A stretch of DNA of 64,000 bases. Source: Candidatus Poribacteria bacterium (GTDB taxonomy: Bacteria > Poribacteria > WGA-4E > WGA-3G). Shown here one piece after another: positions 21,059 to 30,205 of this stretch (within the stretch, counting starts at the first letter, position 1; each line of letters starts with the position of its first letter). The position numbers were made by a program, and so were the translations under genes. The stretch lies in NCBI GenBank assembly GCA_026710795.1, contig JAPOQK010000023.1, positions 1,525 through 65,524 on the forward strand. The letters are read 5' to 3'. The notes beneath the pieces are model-generated. The model made no database searches and was not told the origin of the DNA. It saw only the letters and a program-made list of their open reading frames with translations.

Positions 21059-21592
21059 ATGACTATGGAAAATATCACATTACTTGATCCCACCTCTCAA
21101 GGTGAAACGACTGAGAAATATCTTGCTCCACGACTTGAGAAATTAGATGGAAAAGTCATGGGAATTCTGGATATTACAAAGAATGGTAGCGATATATTCC
21201 TTGACCGTGTTGAAGAATTGTTCTGTGACCGATTTGAGATATCCGAAGTTGTCCGTATAAAGAAACCGACATTTGCACGACCAGCACCAACCGAACTACT
21301 CGTGGATCTTGCAGAACGCGTTGATTTTGTCATTGAAGGACTTGCTGACTGAGGTTCCTGTATATCGTGCAGTATGCACGATGGATCAGTTTTAGAGGAA
21401 ATGGGTGTTCCGAGTATAGCAATATGTTCAGAGGTGTTTTTCTCTGCAGGAAAAGTTCAGGCACGTGTTCTTGGATATAATGATTTAGAACCTCTCACCG
21501 TTGTCCATCCCATCCAAAGTCTTACTTCAAAACAGATACAAGAACGTGCTGACAGTGTTGTTGATAAAATCATAGAACGCCTGATAAAATAA
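21059..21592 (+). CDS. UGSC-motif selenoprotein: single gene spanning two ORF-track calls joined by in-frame UGA at 21350..21352
   Basis: ORFs 20996..21352 and 21374..21592 are in the same frame and separated only by TGA: …VIEGLAD-U-GSCISCSMHDGSVLEEMGV…. The UGA is followed by GGT TCC TGT, giving an exact U-G-S-C motif (the motif after which the 'UGSC family (seleno)protein' is named). Likely start is ATG 21059 (MTMENITLL) with GGAG 5 nt upstream. Confidence 0.6.
21364..21382 (+). promoter_or_regulatory. SECIS-like hairpin (AUCGUGC-AGUAU-GCACGAU) starting 12 nt after the UGA of the UGSC selenoprotein gene
   Basis: Perfect 7-bp stem with 5-nt loop inside the coding sequence. Spacing from UGA matches the bacterial SECIS arrangement and the selD hairpin in this window. 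Confidence 0.4.
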
Positions 21593-21602
21593 TATAAAAA
21601 TA

Positions 21603-21665
21603 GCAGGTACACTTGTGTATTCTGAGAATAATTCGAAGTATACCTGCTACTGTTTATATTATACC
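21603..21665. terminator. Bidirectional intrinsic terminator (nested hairpin flanked by U-tracts on both strands)
   Basis: AGCAGGTAcAC…(tattcTGAgaata)…GTATACCTGCT followed by ACTGTTTATATTAT on + and preceded by TAAAAATA (U-run on -). Lies 11 nt after the stop of the UGSC gene. Confidence 0.5.
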
Positions 21666-21722
21666 AATTCTAATATTTATTGTCCCATTACTGGATTCAA
21701 CCATTGTTATTGATTGGAAATC

Positions 21723-21812
21723 TTTCTTCTGTAGGATCGACCCGGTGAATGCCTAAATGGCATTCATACCGTTGATTTGCTGGTCGCGACCGGGAGGTCG
21801 CTCCTACAAGTA
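21723..21812. repeat. MITE-like intergenic repeat element with imperfect terminal inverted repeats (cTGTAGGAtCGACC … GGtCGCTCCTACAAG) and internal hairpin GAATGCC-taaat-GGCATTC
   Basis: Termini are inverted copies of each other. The internal GAATGCC…GGCATTCATACCGTTGATTT core recurs at 53000..53100. The terminal motif cTTCgTAGG…CCTACAAG recurs at 26687..26775. Also contains the perfect palindrome GGTCGCGACC. Confidence 0.45.
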
Positions 21813-21850
21813 GTCCTCAGCAAATGGCACTTTATTTATTAGAAATGATA

Positions 21851-24439
21851 TTATTTACGAGTTTGTTTGAAAAGAAATTGACCTTCCTTGAACTCAACTT
21901 CCACATCATCACCCTCATGGAAGTTACCTTCAAGTATATCAATCGCCAATGGATTGAGAATATCTCGTTGCAGTGTGCGACGAAGTGGACGCGCACCATA
22001 CACTGGATCAAAACCACGATTTACTAATTCCTCTGTCGCTGAATTAGTTAACGTAAGAGTCATATCCATTTCAGCAAATCGAACACTCAGTTTGGATAGT
22101 TCAAGTGTTACAATCTGTTTCAATTCCTCAATACCGAGACGGTCAAAAATAATCATATCATCCACTCTGTTCAGAAATTCAGGTGGGAAATGGGATTGTA
22201 AAGCATCCATTACCTTTCGACGAATTTCTTCAGTGGCGAGATTTGATTCACTTATCCATTGACTACCAATATTAGATGTCATGATGACAACCGTATTCTT
22301 AAAGTCAACAGTACGTCCTTGTCCATCAGTCATTCTACCGTCATCAAGCATTTGGAGTAACACATTAAATACTTCTGGATGTGCTTTCTCTACCTCGTCA
22401 AGAAGAATAACACAGTACGGGTGTCTCCTGACTGCTTCAGTCAGTTGTCCTCCTTCATCAAATCCAACATAACCCGGAGGTGCACCGATAAGTCTGGAAA
22501 CGGTATGTTTCTCCATGTATTCACTCATATCAATACGGACTATGGCGTTAACATCATCAAACAGGAATTCTGCAAGCGATTTTGCCAGATGTGTTTTCCC
22601 AACACCCGTAGGACCCATAAATAGGAATGAACCAAGTGGACGTTCTGGATCACCGAGACCTACACGTGAACGACGTATAGCGTTTGAGACTGCAGAAACC
22701 GCTTCATCCTGTCCAATTACCTGTTCACATAAACGTTCTTCCATGTGAAGTAGTTTCTGTGTTTCACCTTCCATAAGTCGATATACTGGAATACCTGTCC
22801 ATTTTGCGACTATTTCAGCAATATCCTCCGCGCTGACACGTTCTCTCAACATGTGAGTGCCGTTGCTGACTTCTTCTAACGCATCACGCAGAGAATTCAG
22901 TTGTGCTTCAAGTTCAGGTATTTTACCATATTCAAGTTCTGATGCTTTCGCTAAGTCACCACTACGTTTTGCTTGTTCGGATTCTGTGCGGAGCACTTCA
23001 ACCTGTTCCATCAATTCGCGTATCTGTTTTAGGTTCGTTTTCTCATTTTTCCAATTTGCTTTGAGTACATTTGCTTTCTCTTGTAATTCAGCAAGATCAA
23101 GATTCAATTTGTCTAAACGTTGTTTTGAGGCATCATCGTCCTCTTTTTCCAAAGCCTGTTGCTCAATATGAAGCTGGATTATTCGTCGTTCTACTTCGTC
23201 AATTACCTCAGGAACACTATCAATTTCAATGCGTAAACGAGATGCTGCTTCGTCAACTAAATCTACTGCTTTATCCGGTAGAAAACGATCCGAAATATAA
23301 CGTTTTGATAGAGTTGCTGCAGAGACAATGGCATTGTCCTGAATTTGAACACCATGATGTGTTTCATACTTTTCCTTCAAACCACGTAGTATAGCAATAG
23401 TATCTTCTACTGACGGTTCGTGGACCTGGACAGGTTGGAATCTGCGTTCAAGTGCTGCATCTTTCTCAATATGTTTTCGGTATTCATCCAAAGTTGTGGC
23501 ACCGATACACCGCAATTCTCCGCGTGCCAACGCTGGTTTTAACATATTAGATGCATCCACTGATCCTTCAGCAGCACCTGCCCCTACGATGGTATGAAGT
23601 TCGTCAATAAAAAGAACTACCTCACCTTCTGCTTGTTCAACATCAGCGAGAACGGCTTTGAGTCTATCCTCAAACTCGCCGCGATATTTACTTCCTGCAA
23701 CAAGTGCTCCCAAATCAAGCGCAATAAGTCGTTTCTCGCGTAGGCTTTCTGGCACATCACCATCTGCAATCCTCTGAGCTAATCCCTCAACAATTGCTGT
23801 TTTACCGACACCAGGTTCTCCAATCAGCACAGGATTGTTTTTTCGTCTACGTGATAGAACTTGCATTACACGACGTATTTCATCATCCCTACCAATAACT
23901 GGATCAAGTTTGCCGGACATTGCCTCTTGAGTGAGTTCTCTACCAAATCTTGTGAGTGCTTGGTATTTATCTTCAGGATTCTGATCTGTTACACGTTGTG
24001 TTCCGCGTATGTCAATAAGTGCCTTTAGGATATTATCCTTCGTTACTCCTACCTCGCATAGTATTTGTCCCACATCGCTCTGTTTTGAATCCGAACATGC
24101 TATCAAAAGATGTTCTGTGCTTACATATTCATCTTTCAGTGTGTTTGCCTCTTTAAGTGCCGCTTCAAGAATTGATTGTAATGAACCTGAAACGCGAAGG
24201 TCTGAACTGTCTCCTTGAACTTTTGGTGATTTCTGTATTTTCTCCTCAAGGGCAGTTACTATTCCTTGAATATCTGCTCCTAATTTCTGCAAAATTGGGG
24301 TTACAATCCCATCCGTTTGTCTGATGAGTGATAGCATAAGATGCTCAACACTCATTTCTGGATTTTGATATTCACTTGCTAAAACTTGTGCTGTTTGTAG
24401 TGCTTCTTGTGCTTTAATTGTAAATCTGTCTAATCTCAT
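21851..24439 (-). CDS. clpB: ATP-dependent chaperone ClpB
   Basis: 862 aa; Clp N-domain repeats, two AAA+ modules ([15 protein letters not shown]…; [15 protein letters not shown]…), long coiled-coil M-domain between them. Confidence 0.95.
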   Translation of the reverse strand: MRLDRFTIKAQEALQTAQVLASEYQNPEMSVEHLMLSLIRQTDGIVTPILQKLGADIQGIVTALEEKIQKSPKVQGDSSDLRVSGSLQSILEAALKEANTLKDEYVSTEHLLIACSDSKQSDVGQILCEVGVTKDNILKALIDIRGTQRVTDQNPEDKYQALTRFGRELTQEAMSGKLDPVIGRDDEIRRVMQVLSRRRKNNPVLIGEPGVGKTAIVEGLAQRIADGDVPESLREKRLIALDLGALVAGSKYRGEFEDRLKAVLADVEQAEGEVVLFIDELHTIVGAGAAEGSVDASNMLKPALARGELRCIGATTLDEYRKHIEKDAALERRFQPVQVHEPSVEDTIAILRGLKEKYETHHGVQIQDNAIVSAATLSKRYISDRFLPDKAVDLVDEAASRLRIEIDSVPEVIDEVERRIIQLHIEQQALEKEDDDASKQRLDKLNLDLAELQEKANVLKANWKNEKTNLKQIRELMEQVEVLRTESEQAKRSGDLAKASELEYGKIPELEAQLNSLRDALEEVSNGTHMLRERVSAEDIAEIVAKWTGIPVYRLMEGETQKLLHMEERLCEQVIGQDEAVSAVSNAIRRSRVGLGDPERPLGSFLFMGPTGVGKTHLAKSLAEFLFDDVNAIVRIDMSEYMEKHTVSRLIGAPPGYVGFDEGGQLTEAVRRHPYCVILLDEVEKAHPEVFNVLLQMLDDGRMTDGQGRTVDFKNTVVIMTSNIGSQWISESNLATEEIRRKVMDALQSHFPPEFLNRVDDMIIFDRLGIEELKQIVTLELSKLSVRFAEMDMTLTLTNSATEELVNRGFDPVYGARPLRRTLQRDILNPLAIDILEGNFHEGDDVEVEFKEGQFLFKQTRK

Positions 24440-24605
24440 TTTGTGTCTCCTTGAACTTTACTAATTTATCCTACTTAGAAGCAATATTTATGCCAATGTT
24501 TTCTATGAAAACAGCACAATGTATGAGAGAAATTGTATTCACCAAATAAAAATTCAATTTGAATGGACAAATCTGGCAGGCATTGTGTCAATATGGCAAG
24601 CCATT

Positions 24606-24654
24606 TTTATACTGTTAAAAATATAAAGCGCGGAGGATATACCACCACGCTTTA
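24606..24654 (-). terminator. Intrinsic terminator downstream of the LamG-like gene (24693..25520)
   Basis: On the - strand: TAAAGCG-(17-nt loop)-CGCTTTA stem followed by AUAUUUUUAAC. Confidence 0.4.
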
Positions 24655-24692
24655 TGTTATAGTTTATAAATTAACAATCGTTGAAGGAAAAT

Positions 24693-25520
24693 CTATCGTA
24701 ACCTATCTGATTTAAGTGTACCCCATGTCGTAGTAAATTTGTCTTGTGGTTCAACACTTGTCGCAGCTTGAATTACATCAGCAAATTCAGAGAAATCATC
24801 ATCATCAAAAGCTGAGTTATATACTAACACTTCATCAATTGCGCCACCGAAGTAATGTATGTCTGTTCCACCACCATCGTCATCGTGGAATACAGCATTT
24901 TGATTAGTGTGTGCGATACCAGTATTATCACCATGTGCGAAAAGTTGTCCACCGGGTTCACTTGCAATCTTTACACCATCAAGCCACATCTCAAATTTGT
25001 CATCTTCAACAGCATTTGATCCATCTCTTATCACAAGAGCTACGTGATACCATCTATCAGACTCTACTTCTGCAGAGGGCCACGCACCTGTCCAATTGTA
25101 CTCTGCCCGGTTCCACGCACCAACATAGACCTTTCCCTCATACACATTTATCACAAAACCACGTGTTCTTCCACCTTCATCAAAAATCGTCTGTTTATGA
25201 TCAGAGATACTAACATCAGTGCATTTAAAATATGTAGCAATCGTTCTGTTCATGAAAGGACCGCCAGTATTCAAGCCATTTGAATCAGGTAGTTTGACAC
25301 CATCATCTACACCATCAAATAGTAGAGCCTTTCCAACAATTCCGTCAACAACTTCAGGTTCACCAGCAAATGTACCGTTGACATCATGTCCTGAAGTATC
25401 AGCGGCATCTCCTTCATCAAAAGTCCAAATTGCTCTAACAGTTGCTTCGTCCCTTGCTGCAAAAGCCGCAAGTGTGAAAATCATTATGAAAATGCATAAA
25501 ATTGAGACATTCTTTATCAT
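24693..25520 (-). CDS. Secreted LamG/concanavalin-A-like lectin-fold protein (paralog 1)
   Basis: N-terminal signal peptide (MIKNVSILCIFIMIFTLAAFAA). Motifs GGPF…RT(I/V)A…F(K/N)C…Q(T/V)IF(D/E)EGGRTRG…GKVY(V/G)GAWNRAEY…RWYHVA(L/V)VIRD shared with the adjacent paralog. Jellyroll/pentraxin-like pattern. Confidence 0.5.
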   Translation of the reverse strand: MIKNVSILCIFIMIFTLAAFAARDEATVRAIWTFDEGDAADTSGHDVNGTFAGEPEVVDGIVGKALLFDGVDDGVKLPDSNGLNTGGPFMNRTIATYFKCTDVSISDHKQTIFDEGGRTRGFVINVYEGKVYVGAWNRAEYNWTGAWPSAEVESDRWYHVALVIRDGSNAVEDDKFEMWLDGVKIASEPGGQLFAHGDNTGIAHTNQNAVFHDDDGGGTDIHYFGGAIDEVLVYNSAFDDDDFSEFADVIQAATSVEPQDKFTTTWGTLKSDRLR

Positions 25521-25587
25521 CTGTTTGAACTCCTTATTATAACTTTTGTCACATTTGTATTATATGAAGATATAACCAATTATATCA

Positions 25588-26433
25588 TCATTGATTTTTC
25601 AGTTTTGCCCATGTAGTTGTGAATTTACCTTGTGGTTCAACATTTAGCGGTATTGTCAATTCAAGTATATCCGCTTTAACAAAGGATGAACTGTAGACAA
25701 TCATTTCATCAATCATTCCACTGAACCAATTGATGTTAGTACCATTACCCCCATCATCGTGAAAAACGGCATTTTGATTAACAAAACCAATACCGTTATT
25801 ATCACCATGTGCATGAAGTTGACCACCATCCGTTGAATCAATGAGTTTACCATCCAACCACATTTCAAATTTATCTTTTTCCACTTTTCCAGCAGCATCT
25901 CGTATGACTACAGCAACGTGGTACCATCTATCTGAATTTATGTCCGCTGATATCCATTCTCCTTGCCAATGGTATTCTGCTCTATTCCAAGCTCCACCAT
26001 ATACTTTACCATCAAATACATAGATTGCTAATCCACGCGTTCTTCCACCTTCTTCAAATATAACTTGGTGTTGATCTTTGTCAACATTGTCACAGTTAAA
26101 AAAAGCTGCGACAGTTCGCTTGGGAAATGGTCCTCCAGTATTGATTCTGGGTGAATCGGGAATCTGTATTCCGTCACTACTCCCATTAAATCTCAAGGCA
26201 TCATTTACTATCCCTTTTACGGATTCAGGTTTACCGACAATTGTTCCATTTAAAGATTGATTAGAACTATCCTTAGCAGTTCCATCGTCAAATGTCCAGA
26301 TTCCTGCAACGGTTCCTTCATCACGTTGTGCTTCCACAGGTGTGAAAATAAAAAATGACAACGTAAAAATTATGATAAAAGTAGGAAAGATAGGATTTTG
26401 TAAAACGTTGCAATTTTTCAATACTTGAAACAT
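25588..26433 (-). CDS. Secreted LamG/concanavalin-A-like lectin-fold protein (paralog 2)
   Basis: ~50% identical to 24693..25520 over the whole length, including TTTWG(T/A)LK near the C-terminus. Signal/TM at N-terminus. Confidence 0.5.
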   Translation of the reverse strand: MFQVLKNCNVLQNPIFPTFIIIFTLSFFIFTPVEAQRDEGTVAGIWTFDDGTAKDSSNQSLNGTIVGKPESVKGIVNDALRFNGSSDGIQIPDSPRINTGGPFPKRTVAAFFNCDNVDKDQHQVIFEEGGRTRGLAIYVFDGKVYGGAWNRAEYHWQGEWISADINSDRWYHVAVVIRDAAGKVEKDKFEMWLDGKLIDSTDGGQLHAHGDNNGIGFVNQNAVFHDDGGNGTNINWFSGMIDEMIVYSSSFVKADILELTIPLNVEPQGKFTTTWAKLKNQ

Positions 26434-26686
26434 TTAGTTGCCTCCTATTTATCATTGTATCATTAATATAACTTGTTATAAGTTAGATGCTTTTAAATTT
26501 CTATAAATTAGATTATATATAATATACAAAAACATTATTTTTTTGTCAATATATGACACGATATTTCCAAGATTAAATTATTCTTAACTTTTTGGAATAT
26601 TAAACAACAAGCGTAAATACATTAGAATATATTCGTTGGTTGGGTTTGACTATGCTCAACTCATAACTGACATTTTAAGTTCTTCG

Positions 26687-26775
26687 TAGGTCGGAGCGAG
26701 TTTGCGACCTCCGACACGTATCATTTCATTAGGGTTCACATGTCGGAACGAGTTTGCGACCTCCGACCTACAAGA
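26687..26775. repeat. MITE-like palindromic repeat element (TIRs cTTCGTAGGTCGGAG / CTCCGACCTACAAGag) with internal 19-nt direct repeat CGAGTTTGCGACCTCCGAC x2
   Basis: Terminal motifs match those of the element at 21723..21812. Internal sequence is different but also strongly self-complementary. Confidence 0.45.
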
Positions 26776-26868
26776 GAATCCAACACTAAATTGAAACCTA
26801 AATAACCCTGAGTCTATCTATTTTGAATTGATTTATCTCTATATATTTGGTATAATTTCTGTCAAATT

Positions 26869-27717
26869 TTGATTGAGGAGAACACTGTCATGGCATACGC
26901 TCTTGAAGATGAATTTGGTGACATCATTGGTAAAGCCCGTCGTGGACAAAATAAAACACATGCAGATATTGCTGCCGAAGCTGGTATTACTGAATCCGAT
27001 CTAACTCGTATGGAACAGTATACTTTAAAACCTACAGAAGTACAAGTTCATAAACTTGCAGAAGTCCTGAATTTAAACGGAAAGAAACTACTTGAAATAG
27101 CAACAGAACAGTGGGAACCATCGCCTATTGCACAACATGATGATGAAAAACTCAATGTTATCACAGTAAGTACACCTTTTGGTGGATGGCCTGTTAACGC
27201 ATATCTACTAATCTGTAAAGCAACAGATGAAGCTGCAATTATTGACACTGCGGCAAGTCCAGAACTTATATTAAAGCAATTAGATATACATAAAGTCAAC
27301 CCAACTGCTATCCTTTTGACTCACTCACACAAAGATCATACTGATGGGTTACCAAGATTACAAAAAGCTACAGGTTGCAATACCTACATCCATAAGAAGG
27401 AACCGAAGCCACAAACTGCAGCCAAATTGCATGAAGTTATCCATTCTGATGTTGTGAGTATCGGTGATATGATGGTGACAGTCCTTGACACTCCCGGACA
27501 TACACCCGGTGGCTGCAGTTTCCTAACTCACACATCTGCATTCGTTGGGGATGCAATATTTGCTGGTTCAGTTGGTGGACCAAATATTTCATATCAAGAT
27601 GAAATTAATAGTGTTCGTGATAATATCCTTTCACTTCCTGATGATGTTAGACTATATCCTGGTCACGGTCCAACAACAACTGTCGGAGAGGAGAAGTTAC
27701 ATAATCCATTTTTCTAA
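26869..27717 (+). CDS. XRE-family HTH domain fused to MBL-fold metallo-hydrolase (glyoxalase II-like)
   Basis: N-terminal HTH (RRGQNKTHADIAAEAGITESDLTRMEQ) followed by the metallo-beta-lactamase motif LLTHSHKDHTDG and downstream H/D ligands (…DTPGHTPGG…, …PGHGP…). Confidence 0.7.
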   Translation: MIEENTVMAYALEDEFGDIIGKARRGQNKTHADIAAEAGITESDLTRMEQYTLKPTEVQVHKLAEVLNLNGKKLLEIATEQWEPSPIAQHDDEKLNVITVSTPFGGWPVNAYLLICKATDEAAIIDTAASPELILKQLDIHKVNPTAILLTHSHKDHTDGLPRLQKATGCNTYIHKKEPKPQTAAKLHEVIHSDVVSIGDMMVTVLDTPGHTPGGCSFLTHTSAFVGDAIFAGSVGGPNISYQDEINSVRDNILSLPDDVRLYPGHGPTTTVGEEKLHNPFF

Positions 27718-27770
27718 AGGAATCTCACTATAATATAAATATGTTATCAGTACCGTGTGAGGATTGAATA

Positions 27771-28793
27771 TTGCTCTCATATTTAATCCAACGCTTCCTA
27801 TCCATCGGTTTATCTCTTCTTGGAGTTTCTCTCCTTGTCTTCATGATGGTACACCTCATTCCTGGTGATGCTGCCCTCACCATTGCAGGTGAACGTGCGA
27901 CCGAAGAGGTACTCGCACAACTCCGTGAAGATATGGGACTTGATAAACCCTTATATCATCAATTTGGTAAATTTCTTTGGGATCTTGCCCACCTTGATTT
28001 AGGACACTCATTTAAAACAAAAGAACCAGTTATTGACGAGATCAAACGTTATTTTCCTGCAACTGCAGAGTTAACACTTGCTGCTATGGCATTTTCAATC
28101 ATATTTGGCATAATGGCAGGAATTATAGCGTCTGTCTATCGCGGTAAATTTTGGGATTACACATCCATGTCAATATCTCTGGCAGGAATCTCCATGCCAA
28201 TCTTCTGGTTAGGTTTGATGCTTATTCTCATTTTTTCCTATTATCTTGGGATTTTCCCTGCTACAGGTCGATTGGACTCTATAATGAGTTTAGATATTGA
28301 AAATCGTACCGGTTTCTACCTAATTGATACACTATTGATGGGGAACTTTGCTGCCTTCAGAAATGCAATCTCACATCTTATACTTCCCGCGATTACTTTA
28401 GGAACAATACCTTTAGCAATTATCGCACGTATGACCCGTTCAAGTTTGCTTGAAGTATTAAACCAACCATACATTACGACCGCTTATGCAAAAGGACTGT
28501 CAAAGTGGAACGTTATCATCAAACATGCATTGAAAAATAGTATGGTTCCTGTACTAACGGTCATAGGTCTTGAATTCGGATATTTGATGGGTGGTGCAAT
28601 CTTAACAGAACACATATTCTCATGGCCCGGACTCGGTTCATGGCTACGCGATGCTGTGGAATCACGCGATGTCCGTGCTGTACAAGGCGGTGTGCTTTTT
28701 GTTTCATTTCTATTTATGTTTGTGAATCTTATTGTTGACTTGTTGTATGCCTATGTGGATCCACGCATTCGGGTAGGAGATGAAACAGTATGA
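27771..28793 (+). CDS. ABC transporter permease, DppB/OppB-like (peptide/nickel type)
   Basis: 340 aa, 6 TM helices, conserved N-terminal MLSYLIQRFLSIG…L and the EAA-like loop typical of binding-protein-dependent permeases. Confidence 0.85.
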   Translation: MLSYLIQRFLSIGLSLLGVSLLVFMMVHLIPGDAALTIAGERATEEVLAQLREDMGLDKPLYHQFGKFLWDLAHLDLGHSFKTKEPVIDEIKRYFPATAELTLAAMAFSIIFGIMAGIIASVYRGKFWDYTSMSISLAGISMPIFWLGLMLILIFSYYLGIFPATGRLDSIMSLDIENRTGFYLIDTLLMGNFAAFRNAISHLILPAITLGTIPLAIIARMTRSSLLEVLNQPYITTAYAKGLSKWNVIIKHALKNSMVPVLTVIGLEFGYLMGGAILTEHIFSWPGLGSWLRDAVESRDVRAVQGGVLFVSFLFMFVNLIVDLLYAYVDPRIRVGDETV

Positions 28794-29644
28794 ATACAAT
28801 CCAATCTGCAACAGGACAACACCTTGTCTTACGTAAACTACTCAGACATCCATCTGCAACAATCGGCGCATCAATTATTATCTTTTTCATAATGTTGGCA
28901 ATCCTGGCACCATTAATAGCAACACACGACCCAATGCAAACAGATATAGCAGAACGACTGAAAGGTAGTTCAGGTAAACATTACCTTGGTACTGATGGCA
29001 CTGGTCGTGATATTTTCAGCCGCGTGCTCTACGGTTCACGAATCTCTCTGAAGGTAGGTTTGATCGCAATCACTTTTTCTCTGGGATTTGGTACATTGTT
29101 TGGTGCAATCGCTGGATATTTTGGTGGTTGGTTAGACAACCTGACTATGAGAGTTATGGATATGCTCCTTGCTATGCCAAGTATTCTACTTGCTATGGTT
29201 ATTGTAACCATATTAGGACAGAGTCTAACCAATGCTATTATTGCTGTTTCAATAGTTTATATCCCACAATATGCGCGGATCCTACGGGCATCTGTCCTAA
29301 AGGTGCGAGAGTTGGATTACGTTACTGCTGCAAAGGTTGTTGGGGCAAGTGATATACGAATTCTGGTGACTACCGTACTACCGAATTGTCTTGCTCCTTT
29401 GATTGTTCAAGCTACTTTAGGCATCGGTGCAGCGATATTAGATGCTGCTGGATTGAGCTTCCTCGGACTTGGCGCGGAAATCGGTGTCCCTGAATGGGGG
29501 GCAATGCTAAATGAAAACACAAAACACATTCGCAAAGTACCTTTAGCTGTTACTGCACCGGGTATGGCAATCTTTCTCGTAGTATTAGGTTTTAACCTGC
29601 TTGGAGATGCACTACGAGATGCCCTTGACCCACAAATAGATTAA
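28790..29644 (+). CDS. ABC transporter permease, DppC/OppC-like
   Basis: 284 aa; overlaps the upstream permease by 4 nt (ATGA). HYLGTDGTGRDIFSRVLYGSRISL is the canonical DppC N-terminal signature. Confidence 0.85.
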   Translation: MNTIQSATGQHLVLRKLLRHPSATIGASIIIFFIMLAILAPLIATHDPMQTDIAERLKGSSGKHYLGTDGTGRDIFSRVLYGSRISLKVGLIAITFSLGFGTLFGAIAGYFGGWLDNLTMRVMDMLLAMPSILLAMVIVTILGQSLTNAIIAVSIVYIPQYARILRASVLKVRELDYVTAAKVVGASDIRILVTTVLPNCLAPLIVQATLGIGAAILDAAGLSFLGLGAEIGVPEWGAMLNENTKHIRKVPLAVTAPGMAIFLVVLGFNLLGDALRDALDPQID

Positions 29645-29737
29645 GAACAATCTGATTTGGTCTGTTTTCTTGTGTTTTCTGTCAGAACCCCAAATTTAAT
29701 GAAAATTCAATAAAATATCTATAGTCAATATATTAAT

Positions 29738-29766
29738 TTGACATATACAAAAGAATACTATATAAT
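29738..29766 (+). promoter_or_regulatory. Perfect consensus sigma70-type promoter TTGACA-N17-TATAAT (copy A of a duplicated module)
   Basis: TTGACA 29738..29743, 17-nt spacer, TATAAT 29761..29766, with A/T-rich upstream. The same module, including the flanks aatTTGACA…caaaaaga(a)tacTATATAATtaaca..tgtttagaata, recurs at 53177..53205. Confidence 0.5.
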
Positions 29767-29883
29767 TAACACGTGTTTAGAATAAAGATGTATCGGGTTC
29801 TATGTTCTTTCAAAAGGTGAAACAATTTTCGTAGATAAGATTGAATAAAACAGATAAAAAGGAATTTAAAAAAACACGAAAAT

Positions 29884-29947
29884 CGCGTCACTTTCCTTGT
29901 CCAGACTGGATTCTAAACGTCACAGTGACGTGCAAAACGTCACATTT
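29884..29947 (+). promoter_or_regulatory. Conserved 64-nt palindrome-rich block (copy A), possible operator cluster or RNA element in the 5' leader
   Basis: CGCGTCACtTTCCTTGTCCaGACTGGATTCTAAACGTCACAGTGACGTGcAAAACGTCACATTT. Nearly identical to 53417..53481. Contains the perfect palindrome ACGTCAC-A-GTGACGT plus two further (C)GTCAC half-sites and TCCAG-A-CTGGA. Confidence 0.35.
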
Positions 29948-30205
29948 AAAACAGGCAAAATACGGAAGATTATAAAGAAAAAATGTTAGGACTTTGAATT
30001 GGAATGGATAGATGTTTATTGGATTCACCTTTTATTATCTGAACCAGGATTTCCCAAATCCTGCGTGAAAAACCTAAAACTAAATGATCCTGCCTATTAT
30101 TGTTATTGATTGAATTTCGTATTTCTAATAAAATACAACAGTGGATTATTCCTTTTAAAGCTATAAATTTGATTGTTATTATAAATAAGCATAAGGTATT
30201 AGAAT

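Noticed and set aside
21353-21373. Treating 21374..21592 as an independent small gene starting at MHDGSV
   Set aside because: It is in frame with the upstream ORF across a single TGA that sits in a U-G-S-C context followed by a hairpin. No RBS precedes the internal ATG, which lies in the hairpin loop.
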